33,018 nucleotides of DNA, taken from assembly GCA_000934665.2 (NCBI GenBank), contig JYFJ02000229.1:124001-157018 (forward strand). Direction: 5' to 3'. The translations under genes and the position numbers were made by a program. This document shows, piece by piece, positions 1 to 10,482 of the stretch. Position 1 is the stretch's first letter. Every line of letters begins with the position of its first letter. The notes beneath the pieces are model-generated. The model was not told the DNA's origin and ran no database searches. It saw nothing but the letters and a program-made list of their open reading frames with translations. This DNA comes from Catajapyx aquilonaris. Its lineage: Eukaryota.

Positions 1-1382
1 TGTTTCGACAGAGCCCGTCCTGAAAATAATTTTACGTCTCCTACATTTTTAAAAATGCCAAAGGCATGAATCTGCCTAAGTGACGAGCAGGTTGGACACT
101 TCATAAAATGCATACATGCTCTACCAGAGAGTCCGCTAATGAATGGAAACAACATGCGACGGGAAAATTGAAAATCGTGGCCCTGGGCTCGGACGCATCA
201 ACAAACAAAAACATTTATTTCAGTTTGCATAGCAGAAGTCATTATTCCTAAAGTTAATGAGCTTTCAGTCGACTATAGATTGTCTCTATAGAAATACTAA
301 TATTCGCGTCACCATTCCCATTTATATTTTCTAACATTTAGGCTTCTAATGACTAAATCTTTAGTAGACCTGTCTTATTCGTATCATGAGAATGAAACGA
401 AATAACGCACTAGTCTATCAGCCGCCTGCTGCCAAGTACCTGCAGCATTATATATACTATCGTGTCCTCTCTGGTGCCTTCATAACTCTGATAGTAGGAC
501 TTGAGCAAAGACCGGCGAAGACGTGAGTTATAGCCAAGGCGCGTCAGGTGAGCCATCCATGTCCAGAGTGCATCTCTTGATCAGAGCTGCGATGAAGCTA
601 AATTAGTAAGAAAATGTGTTGGATGGACGTCGGAGTCTCTCCCCCTTGGCCGAGGTTGAAGAGGGCCCCTGATAACAATTCCATCAGTGCAGTCGGCGGC
701 AAAGCATCCCCGCTTGCATCCTTGGGAAAGATTTAGGGCTCCATCTGCTAAGCGTTTCCGTTTTGTTGCGTCGAGGGAAAATGGCGGCGGATGGAAGGAG
801 GAAAGGCAGGAGGGGAGGGGGCAGTGGGGGTTGCAGGGGAGGAAAACCCAACATTAGAATTCTTCTCCCGGGCGTCCAGTTCAACTGCCCTGGCCGCAGG
901 ATTAAGAAATGGTTCTCCTTCCCAGGCTGATCTATTGGCAGAGCCTCAATCTCACATCGATCGCACTAAGAAAGGAACGTGCCGCCACCCAATCATACTA
1001 GGCCCTACTCAAATTTTCTCCCGAACACTTCAAGGGGGGACTCCCTGGGCTTCCACATTCGTGCTTTTTGCTCCTTTGCACATTTTTGCCCCCAAGAAAT
1101 TGGAGCATCCTGCTGGTTGGATACCAAGGAGTTATTCAGACTCATGTCCATTTTCGGGGTGCAACGAGAGGGAAACTATGGTGACGACATTTTGCTACAG
1201 AAAGTACTTTTCAGTCACGCTTCCTGATTCAACTTATATGACAAGGAGACACTTTACGTAGCAAGTAATGTAATAAGCATCTGTAGAGTTGATAACAGTG
1301 CCACTATGTCAATGACAATTCATTTCGACTATAGTCCCATCTTGTTGGCGACACCATCTGCAAAATAATGTAGCTTACATAT

Positions 1383-1923
1383 TACATCGACAGCTTCCCT
1401 GAGATACACAGCTATGTAACGGCTAGCAGCGAAAATCAATGCAATATCCCATGGCAACAATCGCAAGCCATTAAATGTCCAATATTCGGTCCAATCATAG
1501 GCCAAGTCGTCCAGGACCGCAAAATCCAGTTTCGTTACTCGGCGCCACTGGCAACGCAGTGGCTTCGAAAAATTCACAAACAAGTGCTTGCGGCAAAGCT
1601 TGCATCGACGGGTAGCTTCCAACGAAGCTACTGGGGATTCTTCTTCTTCTTCTTCTTCTTCTTCTTCTTCTTCTTCTTCTTCTTCTTCTTCCTTTCAATC
1701 GGGATCTCCAGACTTGCCATGATTGAATCCCAAGGGGATTTCCTGTCCGTGGATCGTCCCGAAACTCGCACGAAGACACCCTACCAACACTTGGCGTTTG
1801 AACATTTCAGAGGATTTGAGGCTCCTGTCACGTGAAAGGAGAAGAATCTTCCTCAATTCGAGCCGGTTGCAAAAATCAACATGAGACAAAAATCGAGCAA
1901 GAATGAAGCGAACTGTTGCATAA
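1383..1923 (+). mobile_element. Decayed 3' portion of an RTE-clade non-LTR retrotransposon (post-RT region), interrupted by (TTC)18
   Basis: Motifs occur in the expected order across frameshifts: SFPEIHSYVTASSE (~FxYLGSxVT), FTNKCLRQSL..SNE at 1573 (~FxNKCLRRIL..SNEEL), IGISRL (~IGHIxR), RRHPTNTWRLNISEDLRLL at 1771 (~RGRPxxTWxxxIxEDL), KNRARMKRTVA (~AQDRxxWRxxV). Matched by eye. Confidence 0.65.
1638..1691. repeat. (TTC)18 microsatellite
   Basis: Perfect trinucleotide run of 54 bp. It produces the spurious poly-F and poly-R ORFs. Confidence 0.98.
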
Positions 1924-2724
1924 GGAAGCCAACGTGATTCAACTTGTGCATGTTTCAGCTTTTTTTTTCATCGCGCAGATGGGGCTTATCTATGGCCTCG
2001 ACTGCACAAAGGTTATTGGACGCCCAACTAACCCTGCATTATTGCTCCATAAAAGCCAACGTCACTTGGCGCGATTTGAACCGCCCGCTGACAAGACCCG
2101 TTAGATCACAGGAAATTATTCCTGCGGTGGGATATTATGCAAAAGACTCTATGTCTTCCTCCGCAGGAAGCAAGTAAGCGACCTCTCCCAAGAAAAGGGG
2201 TGAAGAATAAGGGTATAGAAAAAAAGTCCCCTTCCGGCTGCAATGTCCTACCAAAGTTGGCTAAGCATCAGCGACGTTCGACTGCTGGATCGAGAAAATG
2301 AAAATGGCGTGTAGGCCTGACTAACTAAGCCTCGCCAGAATCCCAAAGCTCGCTCTGGTGACCAATAAATTCCCCCTGAGGTGGTAAAATCTGGGTGCAC
2401 GACTCTGACGTCATTGGTCGCAACTTTTGGAAAATCCGGTGAAAGCCCCTTCTACCCCGTTGCAATTGAATTCCCGGTTGCAGCGGGACTGAATTTCTCA
2501 GTTCAACAAGATGCCAACTTGTGACTCCCGGAAAGGAAGTCACTATGAAACCCGGACTATAAAATTCACACTTTCGGCCAGAATATTCTCTCCATGGGCT
2601 TCGCGCTTATATAGCCAGCCTGATCGGAACTATACGAAATATAGCGTCTACAATGCTTTATGATTGTCAAAATTCCAAGTGCAAGAACATCTCCTCGTAT
2701 AGGCTATAGTTTCAACATGGCTGA

Positions 2725-2892
2725 CAAGCTTCTCACTGAAGCATTACTGCTCTACTAATGTGGCAGTTCGTGCAACTCTTTGCTTCATTCGCCATATGTT
2801 ACAACATTCAACTGTTGACCTATTTGTGACAACTCAATCTTCCAGCCAGTCCACTGCCTCGTTCGCTTATGACTGGTGCATAATAAAATATG
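2725..2892 (-). mobile_element. Decayed RTE (BovB-like) LINE fragment
   Basis: The minus strand reads RQWTGWKIELSQI / VECCNIWRMKQRVARTA / SNASVR, resembling ETWT..KRI-AFExWCWRRxLRVPWTAxxSNxSI, with frameshifts. Confidence 0.4.
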
Positions 2893-3219
2893 AATCGTAT
2901 CTTGAAAAATTGCGTATGATTGCGGTATATCAATAAAATTGCTGAAGCAACGGACCCGACATTAGCAACAAACATGCCCAACCGCAGAGTGACAGGTCAT
3001 GAATAGCTCTGACACTTAAGTAGTAGTTGGTCTGATTTTTTTCCCTTCCTCGTAGCTATTTATGGTCCCAATTTGAAAGCGTAGTACGGCAGTAGCATAC
3101 TGTACTTCCTGGACTCACGCGACACGAAATGAAGCCTCATTTTCGGAGCACTGTATGTCCATCTTTTCCCTTCGCTCAACAAGAAGAGCTCGCGATAATT
3201 AAAAGTTGAAAATTACACT

Positions 3220-3890
3220 TAATTCCCCATTAATGAAGCCATCAAAGTGAGAAGCTCTAGTACTGTACCCGTATGCTGCGAATCAATGAAGCGAGATACG
3301 GTACAGTATGTGCGCTTCTCGAAAATAGTGCAAAAAAATTCATTCCGCGCAAATAACAATGCCACCTTCCAGTATATTTTTGTTGTTACTTGTAGTTGAA
3401 TCAAATGCGAGCCCCAGTGATTGTACAAGAATCCTTTCCATTAAAACTAGTTTTTTTGTGACAGAGACATGATGGCGCTCTGGGTATACGTATAGGAGAC
3501 TGGGGAACGCACACTGAACAAACTCCATTCTCGCTACATTTCCTCTCAATATGGACCGGAGACCTTCGTGTCAGCATAGACCACGGACAACAAAATTTCC
3601 ACAGTTGGTTTCTCGACTTGACGCACACAACCCAGGCGATTCCGGCCTCAAATGGAACGGAATGCATACATGCATACATTCCCTCGCCACTACTTGCAAA
3701 CTTCTCTCTAAACTGGAGATCAATATTTGTTCTTCCATGCCCTTCCCATGCTACTCTCTGTTCTATGCATCGTTCCTATCTTCACTTTGCTCCATCTAAA
3801 AATACAACGAGCTTTGAATTAATGCATCGTGCCAGATAATGTCAGCTAATAGTGAAATGACAGATATTTTTTTTCTGCCCTCTTGACAAA
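3220..3890 (+). mobile_element. Decayed PIF1-like helicase fragment, probably Helitron Rep/Hel-derived
   Basis: Ordered degenerate motifs across frameshifts: FPINE..ST..C..MKRDT (~IPLN..S.C.IK), LLENSAKKFI-QITMP (~LLxxAKLIIWDEITM), PF..KLVFL(G)D (~PFGGKxVxxGDFRQ), LRVSIDHGQQNFHSWFLDL (~MRV...FxxWLLxIG), IPSPLL..SIF, APSKNTTSFEL (~ILAPxNxxVxEIN). Matched by eye. Confidence 0.5.
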
Positions 3891-4729
3891 AATGTGATGT
3901 GACGGGGACATTCCGTCTGTCCTTCTTCTGGCCGCCAGAGTGATATTCTCCGCCAACTGCAGCATCACATTTGCATGAAATTTGCTTGAAACGCTCGCAT
4001 TCTTTTTCGCTGGTTCCAAACTTAGGAAGTGGGAGTGAAACCTCCCTCTAAGTCATGGACGATAATTTCTCACTTTGGGGGAATGCCATGCCATACATCT
4101 TGGGCAGAACGTACAAGCCAAATTATTCGCTGGCTGTCTTCTAATTAATATGTACAGTACTGGGCTCAGCAACCTAATGCTATTTTCGGGGAATACTTGG
4201 AACTTTTTATATATATTATTTTTGTGCTTTCCAGCACCAGACGTGAAATCTGCCTTCTGCTTCTGATTGTCACTGCAGTTTTATTTTTCCTTTTCCTTAA
4301 CGGCCTCGTGAATTGTCCCATCTGTTTTGGACTTAAAATGGACGGCCTTAAATGGTACGTTTCAGTAAGCGACATATGCATATACTGCAGTTGGATAAAA
4401 TGTATAGGCAATTGTTGTAGTCAAAATAACTATTGAAATTTTTGTTTTGTTGTATGACGACCTAGGCCTGCAATAAGTAAGGCGACTACAACTTACTTTG
4501 TGTATCTCGTATATGTATATGTAAGCTGCTATCGCTATATATTTCCGAAATAATTCGCAGGTAGCGCGTAGCAGAATAGCCTCCTTCCGTGGAAAGTTAT
4601 TCAAATGAGCTTAGGAGCAAGAACTCGGGAGCCAGTTTGAGTCAGAAGTAACGGCAAATAGAAAGTGTCGGGCAGGCGAAATGAAAGGGCTGTTGTGTGC
4701 ATAACTTATGGATGTCAGCTGTTACAAAC

Positions 4730-4890
4730 TCGCTAGAGTGTAGTTAACAAAATATGAGCGCCATACGCTCTGTAATTGACTTACCAATGTGCGTGAAAAA
4801 CTGCGACTGTTTAGTATAACCTGCGAAACAATTTCCTGAGCCTGGGCTAGACCATACCAGTTCCCGGCACAGTATAAACGTAAGCTATAA
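4730..4890 (-). mobile_element. Possible decayed RTE LINE fragment
   Basis: ORF 4722..4919 contains EIVSQVILNSRSFS..QLQSVWRS, resembling EIxxRIxxAxxAF..LxxVWxS. Confidence 0.3.
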
Positions 4891-5441
4891 TCATGTTTGG
4901 CAAACGTATTACTGCCCATTACTAATTGAGGAATTCAATTTTGGAGTATAAAAGTAGCGCAAAACTGTTGTCCCGTCCATTTTGATGAGTACGGTGCATT
5001 TGGAAGCCCAAATTAAAAATCGCTACCGCATTATTAACGGATATTAAAACCACTGCAAAATAAGCCCTTTTATTAGCGTCCTCTTGAGCAATTAGTGCTT
5101 CTAAGCGCAAAATTGATTTTCTTGCCCCATTGTCGTTATCGAACAGTCTTCTAAGGCGCACGAAAGGGAAAAATGTCGAGTGGCTTGCTCCCCAAACCAT
5201 AATTGCAAATACTTTTGAAAAGTATCCACACGAATAAACAGGATACTAATCATGCAAACAAAAGGTTTATATCATACAATGCGCATTTCCCGAGCATAGC
5301 TGAATGATTGATATAAGAGAAGCCAACCACCATAATGCTAACATGAGAGGCAACCTATTACTCTGTATAACCGGATATAATGGAGTTATGTCGAAATCGA
5401 CTGGCTAAGAGGGTACTGCTAAATCAGGTATGGTGTATATT

Positions 5442-5552
5442 ATGTATACGGGCAGGGGTTTAATGACTATATTTATTTATATTTACTCCCGTTAGTGTAA
5501 CTTAGTACTAGTTAGGTGGTGCTGAATTTCAAACCCTGCCCGTCCTATACAT
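5442..5552. repeat. Short imperfect inverted repeat (~22-bp arms), possible tiny MITE
   Basis: ATGTATACGGGCAGGGGTTTAA (5442-5463) matches the reverse complement of 5529-5552 (ATGTATAGGACGGGCAGGGTTTGA), with an AT-rich spacer. Confidence 0.6.
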
Positions 5553-5762
5553 GCCAGTAAAAATGGCGTTGAAGGACTACTGCAATAAGAATGTTAAGTG
5601 ACAAGCAGGTTGAAAATAAAAATCACGACATTATTTTAGCCTAAAAGTGCACAATGGCAATTTTAACCATGGAAAGTAACTTAGATGGTTTTTGATTCAC
5701 ACCCCAGATCACATGTCTGCCTCAACGATTACAAATCCTGAATATCAAGAGCTATTAATAGT

Positions 5763-5901
5763 AACGTCTTTCCCATCGGTAGCAGTACGTATATATTGAG
5801 ACCACACGGGCTATCGTCAGTGAGAATATAGTTATTATAATCTCACTGACGATACCCCGTGTGGTCTCAATACGTTCTGCTATACCGATGGGAAATACGT
5901 T
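5763..5901. repeat. Long near-perfect foldback/palindrome (68/66-bp arms, 5-nt loop)
   Basis: Arm 5763-5830 matches the reverse complement of 5836-5901 with about 4 mismatches and two small indels. The core is TATTGAGACCACACGGG-TATCGTCAGTGAGA and the loop is GTTAT. Confidence 0.93.
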
Positions 5902-6719
5902 GAATTCCCTCAGATGTGCATTTGTGATCGATATCTAAGAGCACTCATGTTGCTGCTTGATCCAATACTTATACAGGTTTCTGAAGGGAAGTCCATTCAC
6001 AGGCGCTTTAATTTTTAAAAAATAGACCAAAGCCGTATAGGGGCTGAGATATGGCGAGTAAGCGTCTACTCTATGGTGAAGGAGGAGCGTTAATTCTCAT
6101 CTTACGAAAGTGGCCACCTGGAAGCACCGAGGATTCTATAAGGGTGAGTCTCGTTCAGTGACAGCATCTGGGAGTAATATGGTATGGTCGCATGCTTCGG
6201 TTTGTGATTCGCAAGTCATCATCTGAGAACATCGCCGGGTAAAACATCATTATAGCTACAATAACCATCATGCCTGTTCAGGTTTGTTTACAAAATAGGA
6301 ATTATGTCTTATTCCCAGTGAGCGAAGAAAACATTTACGGTAACATCCAGCACACGCAAGTAAAACATATTGACGTGTATAAAAAAAAGTCGAGGCTTTG
6401 CAAAACCAGCAGTTCGTGAAGATCATAGTGAAACTGAAATGCTATAGGAACTGTACAGTATAGCGGTAACTGGAACTGGCTGATGGGAAATGGAGGAGGC
6501 TTGTTTGTGCTTGAAAGAGAGAGGAAAGCCTGGGTATGGTACCTGTACAGTAAAAGCCTGCATGATATAAAAATGGCAGGCTCAAGGTAAAAATAGACGT
6601 GATTTAGTGTCTTACACGTGTGTGTGCAGTACAAAGCATGAGTCTCTAGTTAAATGAGAGTTAAGTAGGAATGCAAAAGAGGAGAAATGAATATTTGGTT
6701 TGGTTTTTTTCGGGGAGCC

Positions 6720-6788
6720 ACTGTCGGAGGGAACTGAATAATCATGAGAAAACCAACCCAAACACGGAGAGAACGCCTCAAAACTCTC
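6720..6788 (-). mobile_element. V-SINE-like central domain fragment
   Basis: ACTGTCGGAGGGAACTG..GAGAAAACCAACCCAAACACGGAGAGAACG..CAAAACTC resembles the antisense V-domain consensus as I recall it (ACTGTGGGAGGAAACCGGAG..GAGAAAACCCACGCAAACACGGGGAGAACATGCAAACTCC). No tRNA head is visible. Confidence 0.45.
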
Positions 6789-6845
6789 GGAAAAATGAAG
6801 GGTACAGGAGGTATGAAGTATGGTAGAAAATAACAGTAAATGTGT

Positions 6846-6924
6846 ACTATGCGGAGTTACAGATGCAATATTTTTACTGCAGCCAGAATAATTTCTAGAG
6901 AATGTACTCTCTGGCCACCCTGTA
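6846..6924. mobile_element. Solo Tc1/mariner-type MITE end
   Basis: Ends in TGGCCACCCTG|TA (6912-6924), i.e. TA|CAGGGTGGCCA on the minus strand, a common mariner-type terminus. No matching second TIR was found, and the left boundary is approximate. Confidence 0.35.
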
Positions 6925-6971
6925 CATAATCACACCCCAGACTAATTTAAACAAGCTAACAACCGCGCGCA

Positions 6972-7009
6972 TTAGATCCACCAAACTGAACACAGGTTGG
7001 TGGATCTGA
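6972..7009. repeat. Short hairpin
   Basis: AGATCCACCAA (6974-6984) pairs perfectly with TTGGTGGATCT (6997-7007). The inner CTG/CAG pairs close a 4-nt loop. Confidence 0.8.
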
Positions 7010-8429
7010 ATAATTGAAAAGCAATAAGTTTGTGCACTCCTTTCCAGAGGCGCGCAACTTGCACTCAATTCATAAAAGCCAGGCTTTCCCTTCCATTCAG
7101 AAGCTGCTTCGTGCAGAACTGCAAAGCTTTTTGTTCAATGTGATTACTTGAATGTAGTGTTGGCAGTGAGAACCACTTGTTTAATTGCTTTTGTGCTTAC
7201 AGTGTGTGAGGATAAACATGCTGACATCTTGGTTCTTGCCTCTTGACGCCGCGTAAATGTCGCCTTTAAGATTACAGCTCGGTACACTTATAGAACCTGT
7301 TTACGCTTCAGGACGCAAGTCGACAACTTTAGACTAGAGCGCTCATTAACAACCATGGCTTGCTACCGGCTGAAGGTGTTTTCAAGATTAATTATGACTG
7401 CCTGGTCTTTGCCTCTGAGCTGGCGTCATTTAAGGTATGATTTAAGCAACATTTTCATCCCCTTGGTTACTTGTCGTACACATTAAAAAAGCGCGTTTCA
7501 TTTGGTCGTACGTAATGATTTTCATCACAATTCCTTCCAAAATAGTTCAGAAGTGTCACGGAATACAAGAGAGAAATGCGGGTTATACACCTAGATTATT
7601 CTTTAATTTGCCCCCAAGCATTTTTCCTGTGCTGGAAGAGCTTGATAACGGAGGAGCCCCATAAAGATAAGACCGCAGAAGAGACTCATTTGCCTGCTGC
7701 TGAGCAGGAACTCCAGGATATTTGCAGCTTTGCCTAAGCAGGCTCACATTTAAGGATGGGTTCCTAATGCTCATGAACGTATCATAAGTTTTGCCGAATT
7801 TAAGTTAGTAGTTTGAGTGAGTGCCACAGGCGAAAATGCTGTATTCAGCGAATCTATTAAAATTATTACTTCACCTCGACGGAGAGATTTTTCAAATCAT
7901 GAGAACTTGCAAAGTGGTAACGTCATTATTGCAGTTGTAAAGAAGGGATTTGTGCGTTCGAAAATGATAGAATTCGACGTCCCTACTCATTTCTGAGTGT
8001 TCTTCGCAAATTCATGTCGTAGACTACTTACGTTAATAGTAATAATGAAGTTTAAATACAAGTCAGTTTTTTGAGACATTGCAGGATTTTGGTTTCCGTT
8101 TTTGACCAGACAGCATCCATCTTTTCAGGAAACTATCCACTCCTATTAGACCCTTTTCCTCTTTATAAGATGGATTCATGACTGTGATATCAGTACAGTA
8201 CAATGCATAAAGCCTCGAGTTATTTTATTTCTTCCGGAAAAAAACTTGAGAAGATAAAAAATTATTTTTCTGTATATACTCGTACCTCCACAGCATGATG
8301 TTGAGCTCTGGAAAATGAAGTGTCCCGAAAAATACTAGTGGAAGTTGCTAGACGGGGTGATATTATGATATATACGGTATGACTGCTGCAACGTGCATTA
8401 GGCTTTATATAAATAATCTGATATTCACC

Positions 8430-8580
8430 CTTTATTATTTTCGACCATTTTTGCATCTTCTTCACACTATCAAGCAGCTGCTGAGAAGCGCCTAGTTTCC
8501 GACGGCACCTTTTCAATTATACAAAAGGCGATTCAGTACAATAGCTGGGTCCTATATATTTCCTGAATCAAAGAAGGCGA
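8430..8580 (-). mobile_element. Decayed RTE LINE fragment
   Basis: The minus strand reads FRKYIGPSY..(N)EKV/RRKLGASQQLLDSVKKMQKW, resembling YRRILxISYxD..NEEVRxxIG..LLxxVKKRKLKW. Confidence 0.45.
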
Positions 8581-9483
8581 GGGGAGGAAAGGTTGAGAGG
8601 AAACTCCTATGCCAGCTTTCCAAAGTGCGGAAGTGCGAAATGGCAACTAAATTTAGTCCTCCTTAATGTATCTAGCTGGAAGGACTTGAGATAACTGGGC
8701 CGCCTATTGCAGTGAATGAGACAATCTCAATTCCACGAGACTCCCACCCACCACCACCAACTTTCAAAACGATAATAATGAAACGTCGTCAGATTTCATT
8801 ACAAGATGGGTGGAGCAAACGTGTGTGAAATCAAAGGCACTAATACACTTTACCCCCTTCTTTTCGCTTTGAAGTATGAGAAGTCCCCAAGATTTTGAAG
8901 GATCGATATATACGCTCACTGCCGGATCTTTTGCCCTATTAGTTGGCATTATGTTCGTTTAAAGAAGGAAAATGACGTTTTCCAATGTGGAGCAATGAAA
9001 TGAGCCACAATTTTTTTTTGCTTTGAAGCTTTTAGAAGTGCCATTGGAGTGGTACAATGCATAGTACAGTACATACAGTAGGCCCTACGTATAAGATTTC
9101 AGATAAGTTCCGTATCGATTAAAATGCCGCGTATGGTCGTAAGTTACTTTGGCCCCCTTGACTGTAAGAGAAGAAATGAGGTGTCGCGCGGAGAAATGCG
9201 CCTTCTGTCCTTTCCGTCTATCGCTTGATGCATTTCCGCTTTTATAAGACTTGTACTGCTGATTTGTACTATTTTCTCTGTCAAGGAGCATGAGAAAAGG
9301 TCTGGTAAATTGAGATGGTTCGAAGTGAACACGAGAATATCCTTCCTTGGTAAGCATCTTCTTCCTCAGTTTCAGAAAATGTTTGCAAGTCACTAACAAT
9401 GAAGATTTTTTAATCCTTTGAGAAAAAAATGCCAAGTTGTTGTTGTTAGTGGAGAAGCCTTTCTATTTACAGTAGTACTAGAC

Positions 9484-9675
9484 CGGTGGTTCTTAACCTT
9501 TTCGGGCCTCCGCACCCCTTTGTAAACAGTTGGTCCTTGTCGCACCCCCTATACCAGGGGTGATTGATTAAGTTCATAGTTAGACCAAGTCCAGAGGTGC
9601 ACCTTGCTCGCACCCCCAGGGGAGCCACCTCGCAACCCTTGGGGGTGCGGGCACTCCAGGTTTTAAGAACCGCTG
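9484..9675. mobile_element. Non-autonomous hAT (Charlie-like) MITE
   Basis: TIRs are CGGTGGTTCTTAACC and GGTTTTAAGAACCGCTG. Subterminal CGCACCCC motifs lie at 9511, 9541 and 9609, with CGCAACCC at 9631 and inverted GGGGTGCG at 9642. The left flank TACTAGAC fits the hAT nTCTAGAn-like target preference; the right 8-mer has diverged. Confidence 0.8.
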
Positions 9676-10464
9676 AACGAAACTAAACAAAAGTTTTAAT
9701 ATTGTTTTCTGTTGTATATCTCGGAAGGTTATGAGACAATGTCTTGCAAGTGCACAAGCAGTACCATGTCCTGTAATATTAATCACTGAAGTCGGCTTTC
9801 AAAAGAACACCGTAATGTTTTTGAGACAGAGACTGAATTATTCAAAAAGTTTCTCCCTACGAGTCAAGCCATAAATAATGGTTAATATTATTGTTCTCTG
9901 CCTTAGGAAAATACTGTCTAGTCATCTCCTTCATGTACTAGCACAGGTATAGCATACCCATTCCAAAATAAACCTCCCTGAGCCTGCAGGCACCCTTAAT
10001 TTACACAAGTTTCTTGTAACTTGCCTATAATTGTCGGCCGCCATTGTAACATTCAGTTGAAAGCGTCACCGTCAAAGCAATTATAAGTACAGTAGTTTTG
10101 GGCCCCAAAAAGGCGAAACTCAATTTCAAGTTGGACGTGTCCACGGTCCTCTCCCTCAGAGTTCTGTATATTCAGCCGACTTGATTCGAAACATGTATCA
10201 GCTCAACTTTTTTCCCCTTTTCTCTCAGATTTTTTTTTTGTAGAGCAGAGGCCATGAAAAGCAGAGCTGATGAAAAGACGCTGGCCTTTGAAGGAGTGGA
10301 AGGAAGTGGAGAGGGAAAGACGGCCAGCAGTCCAACAGGAAACATTTTTCGTCCCGGTGGCGGAACTTTTCATGCTGCAGCCAGCCTATCCTTTCCTCCT
10401 GCGTCTTGGGTGTCAGCCGCAGCCCAAATGCGATCGAGGCCCTACCAAGGGTTCAGGCCATAGT

Positions 10465-10482
10465 GGGTGGGTTGGGTGGGGG
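10465..10482 (+). other. Canonical short-loop G-quadruplex motif
   Basis: GGG-T-GGG-TT-GGG-T-GGGGG. Confidence 0.6.

Noticed and set aside
791..1261. 156-aa ORF
   Set aside because: It starts in a purine-rich low-complexity tract and has no recognisable motif.
1495..1835. Poly-Arg and poly-Phe ORFs
   Set aside because: These are artefacts of the (TTC)18 microsatellite.
4166..4411. Weak Tc1-transposase N-terminal resemblance (KQMGQF..RKRK..TIRSRRQISRLV)
   Set aside because: There is no GRPR motif or DDE region, so the similarity is too weak to call.
5846..5897. Hammerhead-ribozyme-like CTGACGA...GAAA in the foldback arm
   Set aside because: Stem II does not close next to the core (U-G then A-G), and no proper stems I and III are present.
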